From contig DATFUZ010000066.1 of the NCBI GenBank assembly GCA_035260545.1, positions 1 through 35,772 on the forward strand: DNA of 35,772 nucleotides, written 5' to 3'. A program made the position numbers and the translations under genes. Positions 24,558 to 35,197 of this stretch are shown here, in pieces. Under the pieces are notes generated by a model, which searched no databases, had not been told where the DNA came from, and saw nothing but the letters and a program-made list of their open reading frames with translations. The stretch is from Gallionellaceae bacterium. Lineage in GTDB: Bacteria > Pseudomonadota > Gammaproteobacteria > Burkholderiales > Gallionellaceae. Positions within the stretch are counted from its first letter, which is position 1. Every line of letters starts with the position of its first letter.

Positions 24558-27431
24558 TCAATGGGGAGCATGGCGCCGCGCCGCGGGATTGTTGGTCTGG
24601 CTGATGTCCGGCCGGAAAGCAGCCGCTATCACCGCATTCTGCTGTTCGTTATGCACCGCAAGGTAGCCCGCGGCCGGCGCGGCGGCGGAGGCGCGCAAGG
24701 CGTAGCCCAGTTTCATCTCGCGGCGCATGTGGCGCAGCAGGTAATGCTGGATGCGGTGCCAGGCGCCCTGGTTGCCCGGCTCTTCCTGGCACCACAGCAC
24801 CTCGGTGGCATTCGGGTAGGCCGCGATCTGGGCGGCAAAGGCGTCATGCGGGAAGGGATAGAGCTGTTCCAGGCGGATGACCGCCATGTCGGTGATCTTG
24901 CGCTCCTGCCGCGCCGCAATCAGTTCGTAATAGATCTTGCCGCTGCAGGCGATGATGCGCTTCACCTTGCTTGCCTCCAGCGCTTCGGCTTCGGCGATCA
25001 CCGGCTGAAAGCCGCCTTCCGCGAGGTGCTGCATGGGCGAGGCCGCCGCTTTGCTGCGCAGCAGGCTTTTCGGCGTGAATACGATGAGCGGGCGGCGCAT
25101 GTTGCGGCGCATCTGGCGCCGCAACAGGTGGAACATCTGCGCGGGGGTGGACGGGATGCACACCTGGAGGTTGTAATCCGCGCACAGTTGCAGGTAGCGC
25201 TCGATGCGCCCCGAGGAATGCTCCGCGCCCTGCCCCTCGTAGCCATGCGGCAGCAGCATGACCAGCCCGCACAGGCGCCCCCACTTCACCTCGCCGGAGG
25301 CGATGAACTGGTCTATCACGACCTGGGCGCCGTTGGCGAAGTCGCCGAACTGCGCCTCCCAGATGGTGAGCGTCTCCGGGTCGGCCGTGGCGTAGCCATA
25401 CTCGTAGGCAAGCACGGCCTCTTCCGACAGGATGGAATTGATCACCACAAAATTGGCCTGGTCCGGCGCCAGGTTGGAGAGCGGCACGTAGGGCGGCTCG
25501 CGCCAGTTCGTCCGCCCCTGGTTGTGCAGTTCGGCGTGGCGGTGGAAGAAGGTGCCGCGGCCGACATCCTGGCCCGACAGGCGAACCGGATAGCCCTCGG
25601 TGAGCAGCGTGGCGTAGGCCAGGTTTTCCGCCATGCCCCAGTCCAGCGCGAGTTCGCCGCGCCCCATCGCGCGCCGGTCCGCGATGACCTTCTCCACGCG
25701 CGAATGCAGCGTGATGTTTCCGGGCACATCGGTGAGCCGTTCCGCCAGGAGTTGCAGCCGCTCCAGCGGCACCGCGGTTTCGACTGCGGCATTCCACGGA
25801 TCGCCCGGATTGTATTTCTGCCAGCGCGCGGTATCGACCGAGCCGCCGTCACGCGGCACCGTGTGCACCGGGCTGATGCCCTCGTCCATCATCTTGCGGT
25901 AGGCCGCCACCATTTCGTCGGGCTCTTCCGGCTTGATCACCCCCTCCTGCTGCAGGCGCTGGGCGTAAAGCGCCCGGGTGCCGGGGTGCTTGTTGATGTA
26001 GCGGTACATGAAGGGCTGGGTCACCAGCGGCTCATCCTGTTCGTTGTGCCCCAGCTTGCGGAAACAGACCAGGTCGATCACCACATCGCTGTGGAACTGC
26101 ATGCGGTAATCGAAAGCGATCTCGGTCACCAGCACCACCGCCTCCGGATCGTCGGCATTGACGTGGATGATCGGCGCCTCGATCATTTTCGCGACATCGC
26201 TGCAATACAGCGAGGAACGTGCATCGCGCGCATCCGACGTAGTGAAGCCGATCTGGTTGTTGATGATGACATGCACCGTGCCGCCGGTGCGGAACCCGCG
26301 CGTCTGCGACAGGTTGAGGGTCTCCATCACCACGCCCTGCCCGGCAAAGGCCGCGTCGCCATGGATCAGGACCGGGATGACCGCGTCTCCTTCGTGATCG
26401 CCGCGCGCGTGCTGACGCGCGCGCACCGACCCTTCCACCACCGGATTGACGATCTCGAGGTGCGAGGGATTGAAGGCGAGTGCGACGTGCATCTGCCCGC
26501 CCTGTGTAACGATATTCGAAGAAAAACCGTTGTGGTATTTCACGTCGCCGGAGCTCAGGTTCCCGGCGTGATGCCCCTCGAATTCGGCGAACAGCATGGA
26601 AGGCAGCTTGCCCAGGATATTGACCAGCACGTTGAGCCGCCCGCGGTGGGCCATGCCGATCACCGTCTCCTTCACGCCGGCGCTTGCCGCACGCTGCAGC
26701 AGATGATCGAGCAGCGGAATGAGGGTTTCCCCGCCTTCCAGCGAGAAGCGCTTCTGCCCGACGTACTTGGTATGCAGGTAGCGCTCCAGCCCTTCCGCGG
26801 CGGTAAGCCGCTCGAGAATGCGGCGGCGCATGGCGGGCTCATAGTGGGCGGCGCCGCGCACGCCCTCGAGGCGCTGCTGAATCCAGCGCTTCTGGGCGTA
26901 GTCTCCGATGTACATGTACTCCGCACCGATCGAGCCGCAATAGGTCTGGCGCAACAGCTGCAGGATCTCGCGCAAGGTCATGCGCTGCGCGGCCACCAGC
27001 GAGCCGGTCTCGAACGTCGTATCCATGTCCGCCTCGGTGAAACCGTAAAACTCGGGATCGAGTTCAGGCACGTCCGGCTTGACGTGCCGGGCCAGCGGAT
27101 CGAGGTCGGCGTTGCGCACGCCGAGGAAGCGGTAGGCGTTGATGAGTTGCAGGACCGCAACCTGCCTGCGGTCGGGCGCGGCCTCGGCGGCCGGCGTCAT
27201 CGCCTGGCGGGGCAGGGCTGCAAATGCCCTCACGATCGGGCTATGCGGCACCTCGCGCGCGGCGTCCGGCCCGGAGCGGATGCGGTCGAAAAAGGCGCGC
27301 CAGCCGTCCGGCACCGAGGCCGGGTCGGCCAGGTAATCCTCGTACAGGCCCTCGACGAACAGATCGTTCATGCCGAACAGGGCGGACGACGACACCATCG
27401 CTTGTATATCGTTTTTTTCCTGTCCGGCCAT
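24558..27431 (-). CDS. sucA: 2-oxoglutarate dehydrogenase E1 component
   Basis: The 957-aa product carries the thiamine-diphosphate enzyme motifs GMAHRGRLNVL and HGDAAFAGQG. It is collinear with SucA/OdhA. Confidence 0.95.
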   Translation of the reverse strand: MAGQEKNDIQAMVSSSALFGMNDLFVEGLYEDYLADPASVPDGWRAFFDRIRSGPDAAREVPHSPIVRAFAALPRQAMTPAAEAAPDRRQVAVLQLINAYRFLGVRNADLDPLARHVKPDVPELDPEFYGFTEADMDTTFETGSLVAAQRMTLREILQLLRQTYCGSIGAEYMYIGDYAQKRWIQQRLEGVRGAAHYEPAMRRRILERLTAAEGLERYLHTKYVGQKRFSLEGGETLIPLLDHLLQRAASAGVKETVIGMAHRGRLNVLVNILGKLPSMLFAEFEGHHAGNLSSGDVKYHNGFSSNIVTQGGQMHVALAFNPSHLEIVNPVVEGSVRARQHARGDHEGDAVIPVLIHGDAAFAGQGVVMETLNLSQTRGFRTGGTVHVIINNQIGFTTSDARDARSSLYCSDVAKMIEAPIIHVNADDPEAVVLVTEIAFDYRMQFHSDVVIDLVCFRKLGHNEQDEPLVTQPFMYRYINKHPGTRALYAQRLQQEGVIKPEEPDEMVAAYRKMMDEGISPVHTVPRDGGSVDTARWQKYNPGDPWNAAVETAVPLERLQLLAERLTDVPGNITLHSRVEKVIADRRAMGRGELALDWGMAENLAYATLLTEGYPVRLSGQDVGRGTFFHRHAELHNQGRTNWREPPYVPLSNLAPDQANFVVINSILSEEAVLAYEYGYATADPETLTIWEAQFGDFANGAQVVIDQFIASGEVKWGRLCGLVMLLPHGYEGQGAEHSSGRIERYLQLCADYNLQVCIPSTPAQMFHLLRRQMRRNMRRPLIVFTPKSLLRSKAAASPMQHLAEGGFQPVIAEAEALEASKVKRIIACSGKIYYELIAARQERKITDMAVIRLEQLYPFPHDAFAAQIAAYPNATEVLWCQEEPGNQGAWHRIQHYLLRHMRREMKLGYALRASAAAPAAGYLAVHNEQQNAVIAAAFRPDISQTNNPAARRHAPH

Positions 27432-27481
27432 AGCCTGTCTTCTTTATGTACGCGTTGCGATGGCGCCCCGCATCGTTTTCG

Positions 27482-27509
27482 GGCGCGGGCGGCGCCCCGC
27501 GCCCGCGCC
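27482..27509. other. GC-rich 10-bp stem-loop (GGCGCGGGCG/CGCCCGCGCC) in the gltA-sucA intercistronic region
   Basis: I read this directly from the sequence. It is a possible processing or attenuation structure between gltA and sucA. Its function is unknown. Confidence 0.25.
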
Positions 27510-27519
27510 GGTCCCTGTT

Positions 27520-28806
27520 TCAGCGTCCCTCTATGGGAACATAGTCGCGCTTTTGCGCGCCCAGGTAGAGCTGGCGCGGACGGCCGATCTTGCGCTCGTT
27601 GTCGGCCATCATCTCGTTCCATTGCGAAATCCAGCCTATGCTGCGCGCCACCGCAAAGAACACCGTGAACATGTTGGTCGGCACCCCCAGCGCCTTGAGC
27701 ACGATGCCGGAGTAGAAGTCGACGTTGGGATAAAGCTTGCGCTCGATGAAATAGGGATCGGAAAGCGCGGCCTTCTCCAGCGCCATGGCCAGTTCGAACA
27801 GCTTGCTGTTACCCAGGCCCAGTTCGTGGAGCACCTCGTAGCAGGTCTCGCGCATGACGCTCGCGCGCGGATCCATGTTCTTGTATACGCGGTGGCCGAA
27901 ACCCATCAGCCGGTACTTCTTGTCCTTGACGCCCTGCACGTATTCCGGGACGCGCGACACGTCGCCGATCTCCTCCAGCATCTTGAGCGCGGCCTCGTTC
28001 GCCCCGCCATGCGCCGGGCCCCACAGGGCCGCGATGCCGGAGGCGATGCAGGCGAAGGGATTCGCGCCGCTGGAGCCGGCCAGGCGCACCGTCGACGTGG
28101 AGGCATTCTGCTCGTGGTCCGCGTGCAGGATGAAGATGCGCTCCAGCGCGCGCACCAGCACGGGATTGGGCACGTACTCCTCGGCCGGGGTGCCGAACAT
28201 CATGTACATGAAGTTCTCGACGTAGTTGTAACGGTTCTGGGGAAACATGAACGGCTCGCCGATACTGTACTTGTACGTCATGGCGGCGATCGTGGGCACC
28301 TTGGCCAGCAGGCGGTGCGCGGACACCCTGCGGTGCTCGGGGTCGCTGATGTCCAGGGAATCGTGATAAAACGCCGACAATGCGCCCACCACGCCCACCA
28401 TCACGGCCATGGGATGCGCATCGCGCCGGAAGCCGCTGAAAAATCGCGCGAGCTGGTCGTGCAGCATGGTGTGGTAGGTGATGGTCCGGGCGAAAGCAGC
28501 CTTCTCCGCGACGCTGGGCAACTCGCCGTTCAGCAGCAGGTAGCAAACCTCGATGAAGTCGGACTGCGCCGCCAGTTGCTCGATGGGATAGCCCCGGTAA
28601 TACAGCAGTCCGGCATCGCCGTCGATATAGGTGATGGCCGAACTGCAGCTCGCGGTTGCCATGAATGCGGGGTCGTAGCTGAACAGGCCAAGCTGGTTGA
28701 TGCCGCGGATGTCCACGACATCCGGCCCCAGTGTGCCGGACAGAATGGGCAGTTCCACGCTACGGCCGTCGTCCAGTGTCAATGTTGCGACGCGATTTTT
28801 TGTCAT
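27520..28806 (-). CDS. gltA: Citrate synthase (type II)
   Basis: The 428-aa product is collinear with E. coli GltA. Matching segments are [28 protein letters not shown] and [15 protein letters not shown]. Confidence 0.95.
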   Translation of the reverse strand: MTKNRVATLTLDDGRSVELPILSGTLGPDVVDIRGINQLGLFSYDPAFMATASCSSAITYIDGDAGLLYYRGYPIEQLAAQSDFIEVCYLLLNGELPSVAEKAAFARTITYHTMLHDQLARFFSGFRRDAHPMAVMVGVVGALSAFYHDSLDISDPEHRRVSAHRLLAKVPTIAAMTYKYSIGEPFMFPQNRYNYVENFMYMMFGTPAEEYVPNPVLVRALERIFILHADHEQNASTSTVRLAGSSGANPFACIASGIAALWGPAHGGANEAALKMLEEIGDVSRVPEYVQGVKDKKYRLMGFGHRVYKNMDPRASVMRETCYEVLHELGLGNSKLFELAMALEKAALSDPYFIERKLYPNVDFYSGIVLKALGVPTNMFTVFFAVARSIGWISQWNEMMADNERKIGRPRQLYLGAQKRDYVPIEGR

Positions 28807-28840
28807 ACTCTCTCCAACTCCCGTTCGGGCCAGCCGCTGC

Positions 28841-29077
28841 TCAGGCTGCCCGGATCAACTTCAGCACCGCAGCCTGGCTGGCGGCTGGCGGCGCAATCTC
28901 CTCGGACGTAATGATATCCCAGAGTTCCGCATCCGGCATATCCAGCAGGGCGTCAAATGCTTCGCGGCCGGCTTTATCCAGTTCTTCATAGTGCCGCTCC
29001 ACAAACCGGCCCAGGACGATGTCCAGCTCCAGCATGCCGCGGCGGCAACGCCAGCGTACGCGCTCCAGTTCCTTCAT
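28841..29077 (-). CDS. sdhE: FAD assembly factor SdhE (succinate dehydrogenase flavinylation factor)
   Basis: The 78-aa product has the conserved RGxxE motif in [11 protein letters not shown]. Its position between sdhB and gltA is typical. Confidence 0.8.
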   Translation of the reverse strand: MKELERVRWRCRRGMLELDIVLGRFVERHYEELDKAGREAFDALLDMPDAELWDIITSEEIAPPAASQAAVLKLIRAA

Positions 29078-29093
29078 CGGAATAACAGGGCCG

Positions 29094-29795
29094 CTATACG
29101 GCCCGCTTCGCCATCATGCACTTGATCTTGCCGATGGCCTCGGTGGGATTCAACTCCTTCGGGCATACCTCGGCGCAACTCATGATGGTATGGCAGCGAA
29201 ACAGGCGATAGGGATCTTCCAGATTGTCCAGCCGCTCGGCCGTGGCCTGGTCGCGCGTATCCGCAAGGAAGCGATAGGCCTGAAGCAGGCCGGCCGGCCC
29301 GACGAACTTGTCCGGATTCCACCAGAACGAGGGGCAGGCCGTCGAACAGCATCCGCACAGGATGCATTCGTACAGCCCGTCCAGTTCGCTGCGGTCTTCG
29401 GGGGACTGCAGGCGCTCCGTTTCGGGCGGCGGGTCATTGTTCACGAGGTAGGGCTTGATCGATTCATACTGACGGAAGAACTGCGTCATGTCCACTATCA
29501 GATCGCGGACAACCGGCAGGCCGGGCAGCGGCCGCAGCTCGACCGGCTGCTTCAGGCCGGACAGCGGGGTAATGCAGGCCAGCCCGTTGCGGCCATTGAT
29601 ATTCATGGCGTCCGACCCGCACACTCCCTCGCGGCAGGAGCGGCGGAATGCGATGCTGTCGTCCTGCTCCTTGAGCAGCAGCAGGGCATCGAGCAGCATG
29701 CCCCCGCGTGCCCCCATATCGAGATCGTAGTCCCGCATGACAGGCCGCGCATCAGTTTCGGGGTTGTATCGGTAGATCCTGAATTTCATGCCCAT
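29094..29795 (-). CDS. sdhB: Succinate dehydrogenase iron-sulfur subunit. The start may be at the ATG at 29789 (MKFRIYRYNPE).
   Basis: The Cys clusters CREGVCGSDAMN, CILCGCCSTACPSFWWN and CHTIMSCAEVCPK are present. The product is collinear with E. coli SdhB. Confidence 0.95.
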   Translation of the reverse strand: MGMKFRIYRYNPETDARPVMRDYDLDMGARGGMLLDALLLLKEQDDSIAFRRSCREGVCGSDAMNINGRNGLACITPLSGLKQPVELRPLPGLPVVRDLIVDMTQFFRQYESIKPYLVNNDPPPETERLQSPEDRSELDGLYECILCGCCSTACPSFWWNPDKFVGPAGLLQAYRFLADTRDQATAERLDNLEDPYRLFRCHTIMSCAEVCPKELNPTEAIGKIKCMMAKRAV

Positions 29796-29870
29796 GTCCC
29801 GGCGGAATTGCCCATGGTGGAGAGTTTAGTTGATTCGCCCGCCTCCGGCACGCACTTTGTGCGGCGGGCC

Positions 29871-32243
29871 TCAGGCGGATTTCTGCGGTGACCAGAATTC
29901 GGGCAGGGCATATTTTTTTTTCTCGAACACCGTGACGCAGGCATCCACCACGTCAGGATCGTAATGGGTTCCCCGGTGCTCACGGATTTCCTGCATCGCC
30001 GCCGGCAACCCCAGTGCCGGACGGTAGGGCCGGTGCGAGGCCATGGCCTCGACCACATCGGACACCGCCAGAATGCGCGCCTCCAGCAGAATTTCCTCGC
30101 CCTTCAGGCCGAGCGGGTAGCCCGACCCGTCCACGCGCTCGTGATGCTGCAATATTGTCTGCGCGATGGGCCAGGGAAATTCGATATTCTTGAGGATTTC
30201 GTACCCGGTCTCGGGATGCTGCCGGATCAACCGGTACTCGACCTCGCTCAGCTTGCCCGGCTTGCTGAGGATTTCGGCGGGCACCCGGATCTTGCCGAGG
30301 TCGTGGATGGTAGCTGCAAGATGAATGCCGCGCACCTGATCCTCGGGCAACCCCATCTCCCGGGCGATGGCCTCGGCGAGTCCGGCAACGCGCCGTTCGT
30401 GCCCGGCAGTATAGGGATCACGCATCTCGACCATGGAGGAAACCGCCTGTACCGTGCCCTCGAGTTCGGCACGCAGCTGCTTCAGCATGCGCTCCTGGCC
30501 CTGCCGCAAGCGCATGGTGCCGATGCCGAAGCCCAGGTCGTCCGCCAGTTCCTTCAGCATTGCGACCTCTTCCTCGCCGAATCCGCCGACCTCGTGGGCA
30601 TAGATGTTCAGGCTGCCTATCGTCGAGGTTTTTTCCCTGAGCGGCAAGGCGATGCAGGACGCGGCACCGGCATGCGCCGGCCATTGCCCGCTGAAGACCG
30701 GTTCCGCAGCAACGTCCGCGGACATCTCCGCCTGCCCGCTGCGTATGGCGCGCCCCGCCGGCCATTTTCCGTGCTCGTCATCCGCCCAGGTCAATCTGAC
30801 TCCCTGCAGGGCCGCCTCGTCCAGGCCATGTTGCGCACGCAACTGCAGAGTCTTGCCCGCATCCTGCTCGGCATAGCCGACCCACGCCGCGCGGTAGCCG
30901 CCGCTCTCCACGATCACCGCGCACATGTCCCGCAGCAACTGCTGTTCGTCCTCGGCGAAAACCAGGGTCCGGTTACAGTCGCCTATGGTCTTCAGGGCCT
31001 GGTTGAGCTTGACCAGCCGCTCTTCGCTGCGCTTGCGCTCGGTGATGTCCTCGAAGGAAACGATGGCCGCCGCGACCTCTCGCATGTCTTCGATAAACAG
31101 GGGCTCGGCATTCACGTTTAACCACTGCGTTTCGCCCCCGGGCAATTCAAGACCGACCACGACATTGGTCACGGCTGTGCCGGCCCGCAGGGTACGGAAC
31201 GCAGGCAAGTCATCCTGCGCAAACGGCGTCCCGTCCTCGCGCCGCACCGCCCTGCCGGCAACGGCGCGCGTGGCGCCCACGATCCGCTCGCGGCTCATGC
31301 CGAGCATGCGTTCGGCGGCAGGATTGCAGAGCTGGATCACGCCGCTCTTGCTGTACAACAACACCCCCTCCGCCAGCGACTCGAACATGGAGCGGAATCT
31401 CGCCTCACTGTTGCTGAGCGCCAGTTCCGCCCGCTTGCGTTCGGTGATGTCGGTCATGACGCCCAGCATGCGCAGAGGCTTGCCCTGCTTGTCCCATCGC
31501 ACCACCTTGGCGATCCCGCTCAGCCAGATCCACGCGCCCTGCTGCGAGCTGCGCCGGAATTCCATCGAGACCGGCCCGCCGTTCGCCAGGCACCGCCCGA
31601 AAGCGCGCACCACCGCTTCCTTGTCTTCGGGGTGGAGGCTGTCCATCCACTGTGCCAGCGTCGGCTCAAAGGCTGCCGGGTCGTAACCTATCATCGCGGC
31701 ATATTCCGGACTCACCGCGGCCTTGCCCGTGCGGACATTCAGGTCGAACCACGCCTGGTGCGCCGCGCTGAAGGCCAGCCTGAGCCTTTCCTCGCCGTCG
31801 CGCACCGCCTGCTCCATCAGCTTGCGCTCGGTGATGTCGTACATGATGTGCAGCGAATACAGGTAGCGCCCGTCGCCGTCGGTCACCGCGGCGGCGCGCG
31901 AAAGGTAGATCTGGCCGTTGTCCAGCCTGATTTCCTCTTCCCCCGTTCCGCCCTGTTCGATCAGGGCGGCACACAACGGCAGCGGACCGCTGCGTTTGGG
32001 AAACATCTCGTAATAGGGTTTGCCCACCACCTCCTTCACCGACAGGCCGGCCAGGTCGGCGTAGGCGCGATTGGATCGCGTCACCTTGCATTCCGCGTCA
32101 TGCAGGAAGATGGGATCCTGGATGGTATCCAGGGCGGCAAGCCATTCGTGATGCGCCTTCTTGATGCGCTGGCTGATCTCGTCGGCCGGCATCATGAACA
32201 TCAGCGCCGTACGCTCGCCTATCGAGTCATCCCGGTCGGCCAT
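29871..32243 (-). CDS. Cytoplasmic multi-PAS/GAF sensor with a C-terminal HD-GYP c-di-GMP phosphodiesterase domain
   Basis: The 790-aa product has at least three PAS-like repeats and a GAF-like segment. The C-terminal HD domain has HDLGKI and HHERVDGSGYP (HD-GYP signature). It has no transmembrane segments. The gene lies between sdhA and sdhB. Confidence 0.85.
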   Translation of the reverse strand: MADRDDSIGERTALMFMMPADEISQRIKKAHHEWLAALDTIQDPIFLHDAECKVTRSNRAYADLAGLSVKEVVGKPYYEMFPKRSGPLPLCAALIEQGGTGEEEIRLDNGQIYLSRAAAVTDGDGRYLYSLHIMYDITERKLMEQAVRDGEERLRLAFSAAHQAWFDLNVRTGKAAVSPEYAAMIGYDPAAFEPTLAQWMDSLHPEDKEAVVRAFGRCLANGGPVSMEFRRSSQQGAWIWLSGIAKVVRWDKQGKPLRMLGVMTDITERKRAELALSNSEARFRSMFESLAEGVLLYSKSGVIQLCNPAAERMLGMSRERIVGATRAVAGRAVRREDGTPFAQDDLPAFRTLRAGTAVTNVVVGLELPGGETQWLNVNAEPLFIEDMREVAAAIVSFEDITERKRSEERLVKLNQALKTIGDCNRTLVFAEDEQQLLRDMCAVIVESGGYRAAWVGYAEQDAGKTLQLRAQHGLDEAALQGVRLTWADDEHGKWPAGRAIRSGQAEMSADVAAEPVFSGQWPAHAGAASCIALPLREKTSTIGSLNIYAHEVGGFGEEEVAMLKELADDLGFGIGTMRLRQGQERMLKQLRAELEGTVQAVSSMVEMRDPYTAGHERRVAGLAEAIAREMGLPEDQVRGIHLAATIHDLGKIRVPAEILSKPGKLSEVEYRLIRQHPETGYEILKNIEFPWPIAQTILQHHERVDGSGYPLGLKGEEILLEARILAVSDVVEAMASHRPYRPALGLPAAMQEIREHRGTHYDPDVVDACVTVFEKKKYALPEFWSPQKSA

Positions 32244-32498
32244 GATTTCACTCGGCGGAAGCAGTGCGCCACCCGCTGGCGGCAGGCCAGACGATGGCGC
32301 TATGAGTCGGGTGCTGACGGATGCAATGCATTACGTCTCCCTCAGGCTGGGTGCGCCTCTAATGTAGCACCAACAAGACTTGAACGGTATGGCTTTCCCC
32401 AGCCATATCATGGCGTTATGCGTTTTGCATATCTGGCCGGGCGACCCTCGTAGCGCGTGGCGGCGCCGAGGCAAGCGCGCCCATCACCAGTGCGCCAA

Positions 32499-34262
32499 TC
32501 AATAGACGCGGGGCTTGGGCGGGAACGATTCCACGGTCAGCGGTTTTAGCCGCACCGGTTTGTAGTCAAGCTGCCAGCCCTCGCTGAAATACAGCGAATG
32601 CCTGAGCCAGTTGCCATCGTCCCGTTCCGGAAAATCGTTGCGTGCGTGCGCGCCGCGGCTCTCCTGGCGGACGGCGGCGGCGTGCATGGTGGCCTGCGCC
32701 ACTTCGATCAGGTTGTCCAGCTCCAGCGCTTCGACGCGCGCCGTATTGAACACCCGGCTCTTGTCGCCGATCGCTGTCCGCCGTGCGCGTTCCGCGACCT
32801 CGCGAATCTTCGCGACGCCCTCCGCCAGCAAGTCGGGAAAGCGGAACACGCCGCAATGCGTCTGCATCACGCGGCGCATTTCCGCGGCGACGTCCGGCAC
32901 GCGCTCGCCGCCCTGCTGCCCATCCAGCCGCGCCAGGCGCGCCAGCGAAAACTCCCCGGCGTCGGCGGGCAGGGGCTTGGGGTGCGGGTTGCGCTGCAAG
33001 TCCTCGGCGATCTGCCGCGCCGCCTCCCGGCCGAACACGATGAGGTCGAGCAGGGAGTTGCAGCCCAGCCGGTTCGCCCCGTGCACCGACACGCAGGCGC
33101 ACTCGCCGACCGCGTAAAAGCCCTGCACGATCTCCTCCGGTCCGGTGTGATAGGGTGCGACGACCTGGCCATGGTAATTGGCCGGAATGCCGCCCATCAT
33201 GTAGTGCGCGGTGGGCACCACGGGAATGGGCGCCTGCGCCGGGTCAACGTGCGCGAACTTCATCGCGATGTCGCGTATGCCGGGCAGGCGGTGGCGAATG
33301 ACTTCTTCACCGATGTGATCGACCTTGAGCAGCACGTGGTCGCCATGCGGCCCGCAGCCGCGCCCTTCCTTGATTTCGGTGGCGATGGCGCGCGATACCA
33401 CATCTCGGCTGGCGAGATCCTTCGCGGTGGGGGCATACCTGAGCATGAAGCGCTCCCCGTCCTTGTTGATGAGGTAACCGCCCTCGCCGCGCACGCCTTC
33501 CGAGATCAGCACGCCTGCTCCATATACCCCGGTGGGATGAAACTGGAAAAATTCCATGTCTTGCAGCGGGATGCCGGCGCGGGCGGCCATGCCGAGACCG
33601 TCGCCGGTGTTGATGTAGGCGTTGGTGCTGGAGGCGAAGATGCGCCCGGCGCCGCCGGTGGCAAACAGCGTGGCTCGCGCCTGGAAGATCATCACGTCGC
33701 CGGTCTCGATCTCCATGGCGGTCACTCCGACCACGTCGCCGTCCGCGTCCCGGATCAGGTCCAGCGCCATCCATTCGACGAAAAAGTGGGTGTTGATGCG
33801 CAGGTTCTGCTGGTACAGCGTATGCAGCAGGGCATGGCCGGTGCGGTCCGCGGCGGCGCAGGCGCGCTGCACCGGCGCCTTGCCGTAGTCCTGCATGTGG
33901 CCGCCGAACGGCCGCTGGTAGATCTTGCCGCTGTCCAGCCGGTCAAACGGCATGCCGTAATGTTCCAGTTCGTACACCACCTCGGGCGCTGCGCGGCACA
34001 TGAACTCGATCGCATCCTGGTCGCCAAGATAATCCGATCCCTTGACCGTGTCATACATATGCCAGTGCCAATTGTCCTCGTGCACATTGCCCAGCGCGGC
34101 GGCAATGCCGCCCTGCGCCGCGACGGTATGCGAGCGGGTGGGAAACACCTTGGACAGCACGGCAACTTTCAGTCCGGCCTCGGACAGCGCCAGCGCCGCG
34201 CGCATGCCCGCGCCGCCGGCGCCGACCACCACCACGTCAAATGTGCGCTTCGCGATCTTCAT
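32499..34262 (-). CDS. sdhA: Succinate dehydrogenase flavoprotein subunit
   Basis: The N-terminus is [18 protein letters not shown], and the [10 protein letters not shown] motif carries the FAD-attachment His. The 587-aa product is collinear with SdhA. Confidence 0.95.
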   Translation of the reverse strand: MKIAKRTFDVVVVGAGGAGMRAALALSEAGLKVAVLSKVFPTRSHTVAAQGGIAAALGNVHEDNWHWHMYDTVKGSDYLGDQDAIEFMCRAAPEVVYELEHYGMPFDRLDSGKIYQRPFGGHMQDYGKAPVQRACAAADRTGHALLHTLYQQNLRINTHFFVEWMALDLIRDADGDVVGVTAMEIETGDVMIFQARATLFATGGAGRIFASSTNAYINTGDGLGMAARAGIPLQDMEFFQFHPTGVYGAGVLISEGVRGEGGYLINKDGERFMLRYAPTAKDLASRDVVSRAIATEIKEGRGCGPHGDHVLLKVDHIGEEVIRHRLPGIRDIAMKFAHVDPAQAPIPVVPTAHYMMGGIPANYHGQVVAPYHTGPEEIVQGFYAVGECACVSVHGANRLGCNSLLDLIVFGREAARQIAEDLQRNPHPKPLPADAGEFSLARLARLDGQQGGERVPDVAAEMRRVMQTHCGVFRFPDLLAEGVAKIREVAERARRTAIGDKSRVFNTARVEALELDNLIEVAQATMHAAAVRQESRGAHARNDFPERDDGNWLRHSLYFSEGWQLDYKPVRLKPLTVESFPPKPRVY

Positions 34263-34297
34263 TTATCTCCGTCCCATGTCATGGTGGCCGCCTTCCG

Positions 34298-34645
34298 TCA
34301 GAACGCCCACAGGATCTGCACCGACCAGACAATGTACAGGATCAGCGCCATGATCACCACGGCGTAGATCGCCAGCCTGATGAGCGCCGGCTTGACGTAG
34401 TCCATCACGATGTCGCGCACGCCGACCCAGGCGTGATAGAACATCGCCAGCAGCGTCAGCAGGGTGAACGAACGCATGACGTCGCCTGCAAACAGGCCGG
34501 TCCACGCGTCATACCGCACCGGAGCATGGATCAGCACCCATCCGGCAATGAACAGCGCATATGCAGCCATCACCGCCGCGCTGACGCGCTGGACGATCCA
34601 GTCGCGCAGGCCGTAGTGGGCGCCGGTTACAATGCGGTTCACCAT
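34298..34645 (-). CDS. sdhD: Succinate dehydrogenase hydrophobic membrane anchor subunit
   Basis: The product starts at [16 protein letters not shown]… and has 3 transmembrane helices. The start overlaps the sdhC stop. The longer ORF-track extension is a GC artefact. Confidence 0.85.
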   Translation of the reverse strand: MVNRIVTGAHYGLRDWIVQRVSAAVMAAYALFIAGWVLIHAPVRYDAWTGLFAGDVMRSFTLLTLLAMFYHAWVGVRDIVMDYVKPALIRLAIYAVVIMALILYIVWSVQILWAF

Positions 34646-35013
34646 AGCATGGCTCCCGCGGCGGCGGTCAGCACGAAGCTGACGACGAGCACCCACTTGG
34701 CGGAGGTGCGCGCCCGCCTGAGCTTCACCCCCGCGCCCAGGTCGATTGCCAGAAAGCGCAGTCCGGCGCAAAAGTGGTGCGCCAGCGCCCACAGCACGAC
34801 GAGCAGGACGGCCTTGCTGAGCGGGTGTCCGAGCAGGCGCACGAGCGCGGTATAGGTTTCGATGGAGCGCAGGCTGTATTGCAGCATCCACAGCGCGAAA
34901 GGCAGCGCCAGGAACAACACGGCGCCGCTAATACGGTGCAGAATGGAGATCACGCCCGGCAAGGGCAGCTGAATCAGGAGCAAATCCAGGAATTTCGGGC
35001 GGCTGTTGTGCAT
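34639..35013 (-). CDS. sdhC: Succinate dehydrogenase cytochrome b556 subunit
   Basis: The product starts at [11 protein letters not shown]… and carries the conserved ILHRISG motif. It has 3 transmembrane helices. The upstream ORF-track extension is unsupported. Confidence 0.8.
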   Translation of the reverse strand: MHNSRPKFLDLLLIQLPLPGVISILHRISGAVLFLALPFALWMLQYSLRSIETYTALVRLLGHPLSKAVLLVVLWALAHHFCAGLRFLAIDLGAGVKLRRARTSAKWVLVVSFVLTAAAGAMLW

Positions 35014-35197
35014 GCGAGGGTCCTGCCCTGATCTCAGAACGCGACACGCGCATATTACCATCATCACCCGCCTCCCGGTCAAAGGCGGTTTTGCCGGCGA
35101 CTGGCCTGGCAAGGACGCCGGGATCCGGACCGCACCCTTTGCGACGGACGCTGAACACTGGCAGAATGTATCTTCGAGAACTTGCGGGAGAATGAAG

